From a virus, in the IMG/VR virus record IMGVR_UViG_3300032291_003679, positions 94,022 through 158,021 of that record: a stretch of 64,000 nucleotides of DNA. One strand, 5' to 3'. The notes under the pieces are model-generated. The model was not told the DNA's origin. It worked only from the letters and a program-made list of their open reading frames with translations, and did not search any database. This document shows, one piece after another, positions 21,122 to 30,586 of the stretch (the stretch's first letter is position 1; each line of letters begins with the position of its first letter). The translations under genes were made by a program, and so were the position numbers.

Positions 21122-21766
21122 ATGATTGTCTCGGTCAACGACATTAAGACATATATGGACATCAAGCTAAATCCCCGTCAAGAGGATGCAGCAGAAATGA
21201 TTCTTGCTGGCCTGCAGAGCGAGCTAGAAGCATTCCTCAGAAGGCCCATCGAAGTATCTGAATTCGAAGAAGAGCATCGTCTCGACGCCGCTCATACGGG
21301 CGTTCCAATGGGGTCATTCTTGACCGCCAACGACAATACATACAACTCCTCCTTCACGACCAGCCCACGGAACGACATGACCACATGGGCAAGTCCGCCA
21401 CCAGCTATTTATTTTAGAAACACACCAATTGTTTCTATCTCTGAAGTAAAAGTAAAACCATTATTTGGAGAAGAAAAAATTCTCGTTGAAGAAAATGACT
21501 ACATCCCTCGTAAATACGGAATTGACTACTACTACGGATACACGGACGACTTGATTACGGTTACCTATACAGCAGGGCTAGACGGCACAACAATACCGGC
21601 AATGAAGCTAATGATTCTTCGTGCCGCATCCCGTGAAATGCAAAACATGCACGATGACGTTGTTGCGGTAAAAGACCTAAACACACGAAATACAGGGCCG
21701 GCCGTAACAGGCTTTCTTGATACTGAACTTTCAAGCCTTCGCAAGTACAGAAGGATTCAGGCGTAG
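21122..21766 (+). CDS. Head-tail connector/adaptor protein
   Basis: VSVNDIKTYM...ELEAFLRRPI...ITVTYTAG...IPAMKLMILRAAS...LRKYR; GGAG RBS before ATG 21122. Confidence 0.75.
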   Translation: MIVSVNDIKTYMDIKLNPRQEDAAEMILAGLQSELEAFLRRPIEVSEFEEEHRLDAAHTGVPMGSFLTANDNTYNSSFTTSPRNDMTTWASPPPAIYFRNTPIVSISEVKVKPLFGEEKILVEENDYIPRKYGIDYYYGYTDDLITVTYTAGLDGTTIPAMKLMILRAASREMQNMHDDVVAVKDLNTRNTGPAVTGFLDTELSSLRKYRRIQA

Positions 21767-21772
21767 CAAAAA

Positions 21773-22270
21773 ATGGCTAATCGCAGTGTAGTAGTCGTAG
21801 TAGACGCCAAATGGGATGGGGATGACGCTCAAGACAGGCTGAAAAACATGAAGGATAGGGCCACAAATATGAGCCCTGTCCTTACTTGGGCCGGTAAATA
21901 TTTAGAGCGTGCTTACTCAAAAAACTTCACCACCATGGGCTCGTTGTCGGCAAAAGCGATGCTTAAGGGAGCGTGGCCCCCTCTTGATAACGAGTACGCT
22001 TCATGGAAGGCAACAAAAGTTCCTGGTGCTACTCCATTGATATTCAGTGGAAAACTGTTCAGAAGTGTTTCAAGCATGAACTCTAGTCCCAAAAACGCTC
22101 TCAGCGACATGTCGGCCACCTTCGTTATAGATAGCCCAATTGCAAAGTTCCACCAATACGGAACTCAAGACATGCCATCTCGTAAAATACTTTTTGTACC
22201 AAGAGACTTTGACAGGGATATAAATAAAAAAGCAACGCAGTACATCGTTAACGGAAGCAAGCTGACATGA
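21773..22270 (+). CDS. Virion morphogenesis / neck protein (Mu gpG/P2 gpS-like)
   Basis: WPPL..EYASWK, LIFSGKLFRSV, IAKFHQYGT..MPSRKIL. Confidence 0.78.
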   Translation: MANRSVVVVVDAKWDGDDAQDRLKNMKDRATNMSPVLTWAGKYLERAYSKNFTTMGSLSAKAMLKGAWPPLDNEYASWKATKVPGATPLIFSGKLFRSVSSMNSSPKNALSDMSATFVIDSPIAKFHQYGTQDMPSRKILFVPRDFDRDINKKATQYIVNGSKLT

Positions 22271-22875
22271 CCCCGTTAATGAATGGTTCGCATGCAGCAA
22301 AAAAGTATGTCAATGACTACCTGTCTCGTGACATACCAATCAGGCTTATCCGCTACAGAAATGGCTGGAACCTGGATAGCACGGATTTGCCAGACCCAGG
22401 CCAGTACATCGCCTACGAGCCCCTAGCGATAGATGAGTGGCCTTCAATCATTACGGTCGCTCTATCGATGAACGGTCTTGAGCGGATTGGCTACGATAGC
22501 GCCGACCCTCTATACCGAGTTAGCTACAGCATGAGAACATACGTGTGGGTTAGAGACGAAGGCAACGAAGCCACCACTTTAATGCGAGATAGATTGACGA
22601 CGGTGGTCAGAAGCGCATTGCTTGATTATCCGTGCCTAAAAGCTTTCGATGCAAGAACTTCGTTTAGGGCCGTTATCGCCGAGAATACTTTGCGTGAAGA
22701 ATATTCCGACATAACTTTACTAAAAGGCGACAGAATGATGGCCGGTGCTTACCTCGCCTACACGCTAGAGATGGACGAAGTAGTCACAAGAGAACCGCTT
22801 GGAATTGTTTCCGAGATAGAGATAGAAGCAAGAACTGCTGGCACAAACGAAGAAATGCCTTCTCTTGATGATTAA
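22267..22875 (+). CDS. Putative tail terminator/completion protein
   Basis: Position between the neck gene and the sheath; size. Confidence 0.55.
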   Translation: MTPLMNGSHAAKKYVNDYLSRDIPIRLIRYRNGWNLDSTDLPDPGQYIAYEPLAIDEWPSIITVALSMNGLERIGYDSADPLYRVSYSMRTYVWVRDEGNEATTLMRDRLTTVVRSALLDYPCLKAFDARTSFRAVIAENTLREEYSDITLLKGDRMMAGAYLAYTLEMDEVVTREPLGIVSEIEIEARTAGTNEEMPSLDD

Positions 22876-22901
22876 ACAGCTACTTTTAAAAGTTCAATTC
22901 A

Positions 22902-22937
22902 TAGTTGCACAAAATAATAGAATCCCGTCTGTACAAT
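22902..22937 (+). promoter_or_regulatory. Putative phage promoter TAG-TTGCAC-N21-TACAAT for the sheath/tube genes
   Basis: Motif shared with 8951-8986 and 24959-24994. Confidence 0.6.
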
Positions 22938-22980
22938 TGACCATACAAACGGGATTCCCTATTCGAAACAGTGAGGTCCT

Positions 22981-24438
22981 ATGCCTGGCGTAGTCATTTC
23001 AACTTCAGTTAGAACCGGCCCATCAACGGCTACAGTTCGTGAGTCATCACAGCTGTTCATTGTTGGCCTCACCGAGCGCGGCCCATCCGATGAGCCAGTG
23101 CTTGTAGAGAGCCTTGCCGAATTTGAGGACGTTTTTGGCGGATATCAGTCATATTCATACACACACCCAACTCTCGAGACATTCTTCGAGGAGGGTGGAA
23201 CTCGCGCATACGTTGCTCGTGCCGTTGGTGCTTCAGCAACAGTCGGAGAGTTAACGCTTCAAAATGGTGGCGACGACGTCATCACGCTGACAGCTAACGG
23301 TGCCGGCGCATGGAGCGCAGACGTTGAGGTTGCAGTAACGCACCCAACAGCCTCGACTTTCAAAATTGACATCTACTACGGTGGTGGCTCTCCAAAGTAT
23401 ACGACTGGAAGCGTTTCGAGCGCATCTCAGGCTGTAGGACGAATCAACCTAAGCGCAATAGCTTCACGGTATGTCACAGCGTCTGTTGATGATGCAGAAC
23501 TGATTCCATCAGTCATTGCTGCTACAGCATTGTCAGCAGGAGACGATAATTACGAGCTTGTTGATGCCGACACATACGAAGCACAGCTTGAACTTTTCAA
23601 CGATGCTCTTGGCTCCGGCGCAGTTATCTGTGCCGAAGATTCAAGCAACGCAATGGGCTCTTCACTTATCGCGCACTGCAATACATACAGCAGAGTTGCT
23701 CTCCTGTTTGCAAACGAGACTGCAACGGCATCCGAGGTGAAGGCAAAAGCACTTACACTTCAGGCCGAAGACCACCCTGAGCATGCAGCCCTTTATTACC
23801 CATGGGTAGAGGTTCCAACCGGAACCCCTGGCGTAACACGCGTTATTCCGCCTGTCGGTTATGTCGCTGGCAAGCGCTCGGTCGCTCACAACCAAACAGG
23901 ACCACATCTTCCTGCAGCAGGCCTTTTGTCTGCATCGAAGTTTGTAGTTGGTATCAAGTCCGACATCAACAAGACCGTTGGTGACAACTTGGACGAGAAC
24001 TACGTGAATGCTCTGAGAGTTATTCAAAACACAATCAGAGTTTATGGTGCACGTTCACTGTCTTCCGATACAGACAACTTCCGCTACATTACGCAGCAGG
24101 ACGTTGTTAACACAATCGTGACAGAGTGCTACCGTTCGATAGAAGATGTGGTTTTCAGCTCAATCGATGGTCGAAACACGATTTTCGCCAACATCGAGTC
24201 ACGACTAATTTCAATCTTGTCGGTTATGCGTAATATTGGGGCACTGTACCCAGCATTCGATGCAAATGGACGCCAGCTTGACAATGGGTACATCGTGAAG
24301 TGTGATTCTTCCATGAACCCAACATCACAGTTGGCAGACGGTCTGGTCAAGGCAAAGGTTGGCGTTCGCGTCAGCAGCGTCGGGGACAGAATCGAAATCG
24401 ACATCGTCAAGTCAAACCTCACTTCAACAGTGGTTTAA
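22981..24438 (+). CDS. Contractile tail sheath protein
   Basis: MPGVVI, GLTERGP, FEDVFGG, FFEEGGTRAYVAR, AALYYPWV, PPVGYVAG, VYGARSL. Confidence 0.93.
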   Translation: MPGVVISTSVRTGPSTATVRESSQLFIVGLTERGPSDEPVLVESLAEFEDVFGGYQSYSYTHPTLETFFEEGGTRAYVARAVGASATVGELTLQNGGDDVITLTANGAGAWSADVEVAVTHPTASTFKIDIYYGGGSPKYTTGSVSSASQAVGRINLSAIASRYVTASVDDAELIPSVIAATALSAGDDNYELVDADTYEAQLELFNDALGSGAVICAEDSSNAMGSSLIAHCNTYSRVALLFANETATASEVKAKALTLQAEDHPEHAALYYPWVEVPTGTPGVTRVIPPVGYVAGKRSVAHNQTGPHLPAAGLLSASKFVVGIKSDINKTVGDNLDENYVNALRVIQNTIRVYGARSLSSDTDNFRYITQQDVVNTIVTECYRSIEDVVFSSIDGRNTIFANIESRLISILSVMRNIGALYPAFDANGRQLDNGYIVKCDSSMNPTSQLADGLVKAKVGVRVSSVGDRIEIDIVKSNLTSTVV

Positions 24439-24454
24439 TCGGAGGAAGTAACCA

Positions 24455-24952
24455 ATGGCAAAAGTAGCGCAGAGACAAGTACTTGCAACAATAGTTCCAA
24501 GCACTTTTACCAATAACGCCAAGCAACAAACCAACGTTCAGGTTAACCTCCCGCGTTGGAACGAGTTCCGCTTCGCGCAGGTCTCAGGCGGTGAAATCAC
24601 TGCATCTGTTGAAAAGATTTATGAAGGTGGCAAGTCACGACCAACAGTGTTGTGTGCACCCTCCGAAATCGGCGACATTACCCTGACAGCCCACTACGAT
24701 GACGACATGAATTCAGCGGAAACTGCTGCTGGAATTGGTGCAAAAATCAAGGGCCTCCGCAAGTATGTCGGTACGGCTTACTACAACATCACAGTGTCTG
24801 TTTACGACTGCGACATCAAGGACCCAACAAACGACCGCGTTTACACAAATGCGCTCTTGGTTGGAATGACGGAGCCAGAAGGCGACTCGTCTTCGGGTGC
24901 TCCTGCAACATTCGCCCTTACATTCGCAATTTCAGACGTCGACGCCCAATAA
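24455..24952 (+). CDS. Tail tube protein
   Basis: Follows the sheath; FAQVSGGEI, IYEGG, GDITLT, GDSSS...FALTF. Confidence 0.8.
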   Translation: MAKVAQRQVLATIVPSTFTNNAKQQTNVQVNLPRWNEFRFAQVSGGEITASVEKIYEGGKSRPTVLCAPSEIGDITLTAHYDDDMNSAETAAGIGAKIKGLRKYVGTAYYNITVSVYDCDIKDPTNDRVYTNALLVGMTEPEGDSSSGAPATFALTFAISDVDAQ

Positions 24953-24958
24953 ATCGCC

Positions 24959-24994
24959 TAGTTGCATTTTTGGCTAGCCATAATGTGCTAGTTT
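24959..24994 (+). promoter_or_regulatory. Putative phage promoter TAG-TTGCAT-N21-TAGTTT, leaderless start at 25002
   Basis: Extended -10 TGcTAGTTT 7 nt before the ATG, no SD. Confidence 0.6.
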
Positions 24995-25001
24995 CTGCAC
25001 T

Positions 25002-25553
25002 ATGAGCGAAAATGCATTGTACGTAAGCGAAGATTCCGATGACGCAAAGGGTGGCAAAAAGTCACCTCAGCGTGACCTGACAGCATCAAGCGTTAAGGAA
25101 GAGACACAACTCGACCGCCTACGCTCTATTGTTAAGAAAAAGGTTGAGCGTCCGGTAGTCCACATTCAGGTCCCAGAACGCCCTGGTGTTAGCGTCATAA
25201 TTAGCCCAAACATCACTCAGTCACAGATGAAAAACTGGCGTAAGAATGCTGGCGAAGACTCAAGAAACGGTCTTGACCCAACAAAGTTTGCTTGCCTTGT
25301 TATTGGCCATTCAACTGTTGGTATCTGCATGGATGACGTTGAGATTTTTGACGAAAATGGCAATAATCTTAATTTTGCCCACCCGCTTATTCTTGAAATG
25401 ACAGAGACAACACGTCCAGTCCCCGATGCAGTTCGGGCACTTTTCGGTGTTGACCCCCACGTTGAGTCAGCTGCTCTCGCAATTCTTGATGCGGCCGGAT
25501 ATTCAGATACGGTTGCCGCAGTGGACCCTACGAAGGAGTCTTCGACGAACTAG
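25002..25553 (+). CDS. Tail assembly chaperone (gpG-like)
   Basis: Between tube and tape measure; ends ...VDPTKESSTN. Confidence 0.75.
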   Translation: MSENALYVSEDSDDAKGGKKSPQRDLTASSVKEETQLDRLRSIVKKKVERPVVHIQVPERPGVSVIISPNITQSQMKNWRKNAGEDSRNGLDPTKFACLVIGHSTVGICMDDVEIFDENGNNLNFAHPLILEMTETTRPVPDAVRALFGVDPHVESAALAILDAAGYSDTVAAVDPTKESSTN

Positions 25554-25726
25554 TCGTAGATTCCACAGTCGCATCAGCAGCAAGGCTCGGAGAGCTTTTT
25601 CACGTAAACCCATTAGAAATAATGGATGTAGACGAAACTGACTGGTTGCTACTATTGGCCTGTGCTAAAGTTATAGGCAACGACCGCGAAGAGCAAGAGC
25701 GAAAGTCGAAGACTCAGGGCATATAG
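25526..25726 (+). CDS. Tail chaperone -1 frameshift extension (gpT-like)
   Basis: The -1 frame is open 25490-25726 (PYEGVFDELVVDSTVASAARLGELFHVNPLEIMDVDETDWLLLLACAKVI...) with no start codon near its 5' end. Confidence 0.65.
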   Translation, partial: PYEGVFDELVVDSTVASAARLGELFHVNPLEIMDVDETDWLLLLACAKVIGNDREEQERKSKTQGI

Positions 25727-25780
25727 TCCATAGCTCGGCAGCCTTACACTCACGTGACTTAAAAATCACTCGGAGTAGGA

Positions 25781-28700
25781 ATGGCAGACGAAAACGTCGA
25801 CATTAAGATTAGGTTTGACGCCAAAACGGCGGACCTTAATCGTGCCATCGCAAAACTTGCTGTACTAGAAAAACAAGTAAAGAAGCTCTCCAGCGGTAGA
25901 GAAGAAGCGTTTGCGCGACGAACAACAAACACCCTTAGCAATGTAACCAAGGGCTGGAAGCGTAGTTTTGACTTCATAGATGCCGGTGCAAAAATGGCCG
26001 GTAAGGGACTCACCAAGTTTCTTGGATTAGCCATAAAGGGTGTAGTCGTAGAAATGGGGCTCCTGGCTGCAGCAATGGTTGGCGTCCACGCACTGTTTGT
26101 CGCTGGCCAATTTATAATGAAGGCGTACCGAGGGGCAATGCAAATGCTGGCGGCAGGCGCAGCTGGTGTAACAGTCGCTATGGCTGCTGCGTCTGCAGCA
26201 ATCCGTGAGCAGCAGGCTGCAATATTTGCCTATAGAGGCAAGGGTGCTCCGGCTTTTGGTTCAGCAATGAACCAGACCCGCATGGGGATGCGCAACCTTC
26301 AAAGCGATGCAAGTTTAGCGACTTTAGGTGTCGAGGCATTAAATAAGGCCTACGGCAATATGTCGAAGTCAATGAATACTGCCCAGATAAATAAAAGCGG
26401 CGGTGCAATAAAAGCATTGATGGATTTTGGCTCCGCTGGTCAAGACCCTGCAAAAGGACTAGAACAGGTATCGATAGTAATAGCATCTTTGTCTGATAAG
26501 AAAAAGGGAATTTCAGATGTCATAACAGAGGCCAAAAAGCTTGGCCCAGAGATGGAGCAGGCCCTAAAAAAAGCCAACGTTAAGACAAAGAAGCAATTTC
26601 AAGAATTGCTCATGTCTGGGGAGCTTGCTAAAAGCGGTGGCGTTACGGGCCAGTTTGATGCCGTAAATGGCACCCTAATTAGTCAACTAAAAGGATACTT
26701 CACTCGCCTGCGTGGTGAGTTTGCAGACTTTGGTGACCAGTTCCTAGAACCGCTAAAGGAAGCTTTCGACCGAGTCTTTGGAACAATCAGACGTGACTTA
26801 CAGCGCGTAATGGGCGCTATCATGTTCAGCTTTGGCACCCAGGGTGTTATTGATAATTTTTCAAGTGCTATAGAAAAAGCATCTAACTGGCTCGTAAAAA
26901 TGATTCGCGAATATCTGCCTGGAGCTATAGGCATGTTCGACAGAATCGGTGATTGGTTTACTAGATTTAAGCGCGGGTGGAACCTTGTACTTGACCAAAC
27001 CAGACCGCTCATAGACGGTGCTCGCGTTCTTTACAAAGCATTTGAGCCAGTTTGGGACGCGCTGAAGCGTGGGGCAGACAACTTAACCCTGTTTCGCGAA
27101 CTGCTTATACAAAACCAAGACAATGTTCAAGAATTTGGTGAACGTATTGGGAAACTGATTGATTCACTTTCTAAGTTCTTCATGAACATGAAGAAAATGT
27201 TTATGGATATGCTTCCGTTCCTTAACGACCTTGTCTCTGGCCTGACGACAGTGTTTGACATGATTTCCAAGATATTTACTTCCGGCGCAGGCAAAGGTCT
27301 AGCTGGAGCGCTTGCCCCTCTTATGGGGTTTTCTATTTTGGGAAGAGCTCTTTCTGGAGTAAAGGGACGCCTAATGCCGAACGTTGGCGCAATGTCCGCA
27401 CAGCAAATGAATGTAACGGCAAACAACGTTTCTATCGCCAACCCAGTTGGTCCAGTGGCGGGGTCGCGAACAATGTTTGGCGGTGGACCACTTTTTTCTG
27501 GGGCACCTGGCAGCTATCCGTCTGGACCATCTGGGACACCTGGAGCAACATCATCTGCAGGAACAGCAACAGCAGCAGGTAGTGCAGCGCTTGCTGCTCT
27601 CTCGTCGGGCAAAACTTCTGGTGGAAACTTTTTAAAGATGCCAAGCGGAGGAGCAGTAAGCAAACTTGCAGACAATCCACGCAACACACTTAGATACAAC
27701 ATGCTCACTGGAAGCAGGATGACGGTTCGCGGGAGCGATATAAATCAACGAGAAAAAGAACGGTTTACTCAACGCCAACAATTGGGACGTGGCCTTGGCT
27801 ATTACATGTTCGGTCAAGCTTCTAACCCATACGCGAAAATGGAAGGAGATGCAGCAGCTCGTGCCTCCGCCCGCTTTGAGGCAACACAGGGGCTGCAGAG
27901 CCTGTCTATGGACGAGCTACATAAAGTAGCGGTAGATAAACATGGAATTACTGGGTTGACCGATAAGACATCACGTACAGACGTAATTGCACGAATACAA
28001 GGTTCTGCTGGGTATAAAGATGAAGATTACGCCGGAATGAGGAAGGTAGGACTCGGAGAGGCGATTAAAAACACGAGAGGAAGAATGCGCTTTGCCGCTA
28101 CGGGGGTAATGGATAGGGCACAGTATGCAGGAAGACGTGTTTCTGGGGCATACCAAGGAGCCATGGCTTACTTTAATTCTGGTGCATTTAATCCTGAAAC
28201 AGGTGAATATTACGACCTTAAAGATGCTCGTGACAAAATAGATGAGCGGTTCCAGAAAACCAAAGATGAAGCTGGTGGCAGTAAAAGAAAACTTCTTAGA
28301 GGAAGAATAGATAGGGCAAGAGATTCAAACAGGCTTAACAGAACGTATGGAAAATTTGGCAACGCATACAATGTGAAGTTTGCTAAAAGCGCCAGCGGAC
28401 GTATGGGTGCAGGCATGGGTCTTGGTCTAATGAGCCAAGTCGCTCCAGAAGAAATGCGTGGAGCAATGGCGCTGGGTGCAACTGTTGGACAAATCGACCC
28501 ACGTTTGGGAATTGCTGTTGCCGGAATAGGCGGAGCCATGAAGGCTCAGGGAGCAATGAAGGGTGCCCTCTCTGGCGCTGCTGGTGGAGCTGCTTTAGGC
28601 GGAATGCTTGGACCGCATGGAGCAGCAATCGGTGCCGGAATCGGTCTTGTTGTTGGCGGCATTATGGGTGCCGTTAATAAGGGAAAACAGCAGCTAAAAG

Positions 28701-30586
28701 AAGCCAGGGAAACTGTACACAAGAGTCTTGGCGAGTTTTACATGGCTAGCCTGAAGTCGTCAGGCGAACAGTTTGAAAAAAACCGTAAGATTCTTGAATC
28801 CGGCGGGAGCCTCGAAGGCAAATCTGGAGCTATGCAGGGAGCTGGAGCCAAATTTGCAGCCGCACAAGGGAAGGTGCGCACTTCAATACTTTCAGCCATA
28901 GAAGCAGGGGGCGGAGGGTATGGAAGCGGTGGCGACAGGGAATTCTATGACCCCAAAAAAATACTTGACGAATATTACAAAACTGAAGAGGGAAGCAAAG
29001 TATCTACTGAGGATAGAAAGAAACAAAAAAAACGTGCCACAAATACGGTTCGTGAACTTCTTAAAGCAACCGACCCAGCAGTGCAGACGCAGCTCAAGGA
29101 AATTGACAAAGTCAACAACGACAGAATAGCTGCCCTTTCCCGCGCAACAGGAAAGAGTGGAGCAGAGTTAGAGCAATTAGCAAAAAGTATGGGCGTGGAC
29201 CTATATGACGCAACGGTCCAATATGACGAACTTCTTGGGAAATTTACTGCGAATCTCAGGAAAAACAAGGAGCAATTAAATGCCGCTCTTACTGATACCT
29301 TTCTATCTGGAGCTAATCCTTTTACGAAAAAACGAGAAGCAGGAGAAGCGCAGTATGCGCTAAACCAAAACTTTAGACAACTTGGCGACATTCTTCGTGG
29401 CGGCGGCACTAAAGCAGAAAAAATGGGTGCTGTCGACTCCAGTATGGAGCAAGCATTCAGTCAGATACTAACGGTTGCTGGTGGCGATGCTTTTAAGGCA
29501 TACGACATATATAACAGAATGTTTATGTCTGGTGCAGACCAGGGAATATTTGCTCAAGGTGCAGAATTTGAAGGCCAATCAGAACATTTCCTCGGAAATG
29601 CAACATTTAATGAATCTTCTAGATTAATTACAGAGGGAGTTAACTCTGAAGCAGCAACGCAAATTCGTGGCTATCTCGCAGAGAAGAACATGAGCGTTGA
29701 CACTGGATTGCTAGAAGCGTCTCTAAACAAGATGACACCAGACCAGCAACGGAGTCTTCTTTATGACCTCAAAACAATGGATGAGGACACAAGTGTTCCA
29801 AAAGCTGGCGAGACAAACGACCTAAAAAAGGCCCTTAAGAGAAAAACAGGGGGCGGAATAGAGCAGGTCTTGGCTACCGCCTATGGCCTTGAGGGAATAG
29901 CAATTACTGGTGAAAAAACTGAGAGCCTGGACAAGATAGCAACAGCCGCCACAGACTTCTCTACCGCTGCAGACGGTCTCAAAACAGCAGTCGAAACATT
30001 CAATACCAACATGACTGGATTCTTCGACGCCCCTCTCGGTAATGCACCGGAATGGTGGAAAAAAGGACTGAAAGTTACCGGCGAAGGTGATGACATGCGC
30101 CTCATGCCAGACGCAGACACATCTACTCCTCGTGCAGGACAAGTTGGCGATACTGCCACAAGCAAGCTTTCTCAAACAATGTCCCGTCATGCTGCGATGA
30201 ACGGTCAGCTAACAGGTAAAAGAACAGTTACATCGAGCCTGCGAAACTATGCGCTTGGTTCACCAAGTTCCGACCACGCAACTGGTTCAGCATATGACCT
30301 CACTGGACAAAATCTTGGACAATACGCCAAGCTTGTTCATGCCAACGGTGGGTTTGCTGAGTTCCATGGAAGCATGGCGAATAGGCATCTACACGTAGTC
30401 CCAGGCCCAGGAGTTGGGGATACCAGCACCTCCCGGCCAATTTCATCCGTAACTACCGGCGGTGGGGGAACAACGAATTACTATTCAATCGAGATAAATG
30501 GTGGAAATGCCTCTCCAGAAGCAATCGCAAACATGGTAATGGCAAAACTAAAAGACCAGGAACGCTCAAACAGGGAGCGCAGATAA
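25781..30586 (+). CDS. Tape measure protein with a C-terminal M15-like (LAS) peptidase domain
   Basis: 1601 aa, A/G-rich helical, follows the chaperone; VTSSLR...SDHATGSAYDL...HLHV near the C-terminus. Confidence 0.9.
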   Translation: MADENVDIKIRFDAKTADLNRAIAKLAVLEKQVKKLSSGREEAFARRTTNTLSNVTKGWKRSFDFIDAGAKMAGKGLTKFLGLAIKGVVVEMGLLAAAMVGVHALFVAGQFIMKAYRGAMQMLAAGAAGVTVAMAAASAAIREQQAAIFAYRGKGAPAFGSAMNQTRMGMRNLQSDASLATLGVEALNKAYGNMSKSMNTAQINKSGGAIKALMDFGSAGQDPAKGLEQVSIVIASLSDKKKGISDVITEAKKLGPEMEQALKKANVKTKKQFQELLMSGELAKSGGVTGQFDAVNGTLISQLKGYFTRLRGEFADFGDQFLEPLKEAFDRVFGTIRRDLQRVMGAIMFSFGTQGVIDNFSSAIEKASNWLVKMIREYLPGAIGMFDRIGDWFTRFKRGWNLVLDQTRPLIDGARVLYKAFEPVWDALKRGADNLTLFRELLIQNQDNVQEFGERIGKLIDSLSKFFMNMKKMFMDMLPFLNDLVSGLTTVFDMISKIFTSGAGKGLAGALAPLMGFSILGRALSGVKGRLMPNVGAMSAQQMNVTANNVSIANPVGPVAGSRTMFGGGPLFSGAPGSYPSGPSGTPGATSSAGTATAAGSAALAALSSGKTSGGNFLKMPSGGAVSKLADNPRNTLRYNMLTGSRMTVRGSDINQREKERFTQRQQLGRGLGYYMFGQASNPYAKMEGDAAARASARFEATQGLQSLSMDELHKVAVDKHGITGLTDKTSRTDVIARIQGSAGYKDEDYAGMRKVGLGEAIKNTRGRMRFAATGVMDRAQYAGRRVSGAYQGAMAYFNSGAFNPETGEYYDLKDARDKIDERFQKTKDEAGGSKRKLLRGRIDRARDSNRLNRTYGKFGNAYNVKFAKSASGRMGAGMGLGLMSQVAPEEMRGAMALGATVGQIDPRLGIAVAGIGGAMKAQGAMKGALSGAAGGAALGGMLGPHGAAIGAGIGLVVGGIMGAVNKGKQQLKEARETVHKSLGEFYMASLKSSGEQFEKNRKILESGGSLEGKSGAMQGAGAKFAAAQGKVRTSILSAIEAGGGGYGSGGDREFYDPKKILDEYYKTEEGSKVSTEDRKKQKKRATNTVRELLKATDPAVQTQLKEIDKVNNDRIAALSRATGKSGAELEQLAKSMGVDLYDATVQYDELLGKFTANLRKNKEQLNAALTDTFLSGANPFTKKREAGEAQYALNQNFRQLGDILRGGGTKAEKMGAVDSSMEQAFSQILTVAGGDAFKAYDIYNRMFMSGADQGIFAQGAEFEGQSEHFLGNATFNESSRLITEGVNSEAATQIRGYLAEKNMSVDTGLLEASLNKMTPDQQRSLLYDLKTMDEDTSVPKAGETNDLKKALKRKTGGGIEQVLATAYGLEGIAITGEKTESLDKIATAATDFSTAADGLKTAVETFNTNMTGFFDAPLGNAPEWWKKGLKVTGEGDDMRLMPDADTSTPRAGQVGDTATSKLSQTMSRHAAMNGQLTGKRTVTSSLRNYALGSPSSDHATGSAYDLTGQNLGQYAKLVHANGGFAEFHGSMANRHLHVVPGPGVGDTSTSRPISSVTTGGGGTTNYYSIEINGGNASPEAIANMVMAKLKDQERSNRERR

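Noticed and set aside
25426-25641. 71-aa +1-frame ORF as the chaperone extension
   Set aside because: R/S-rich, non-protein-like sequence; the -1 frame is the plausible extension
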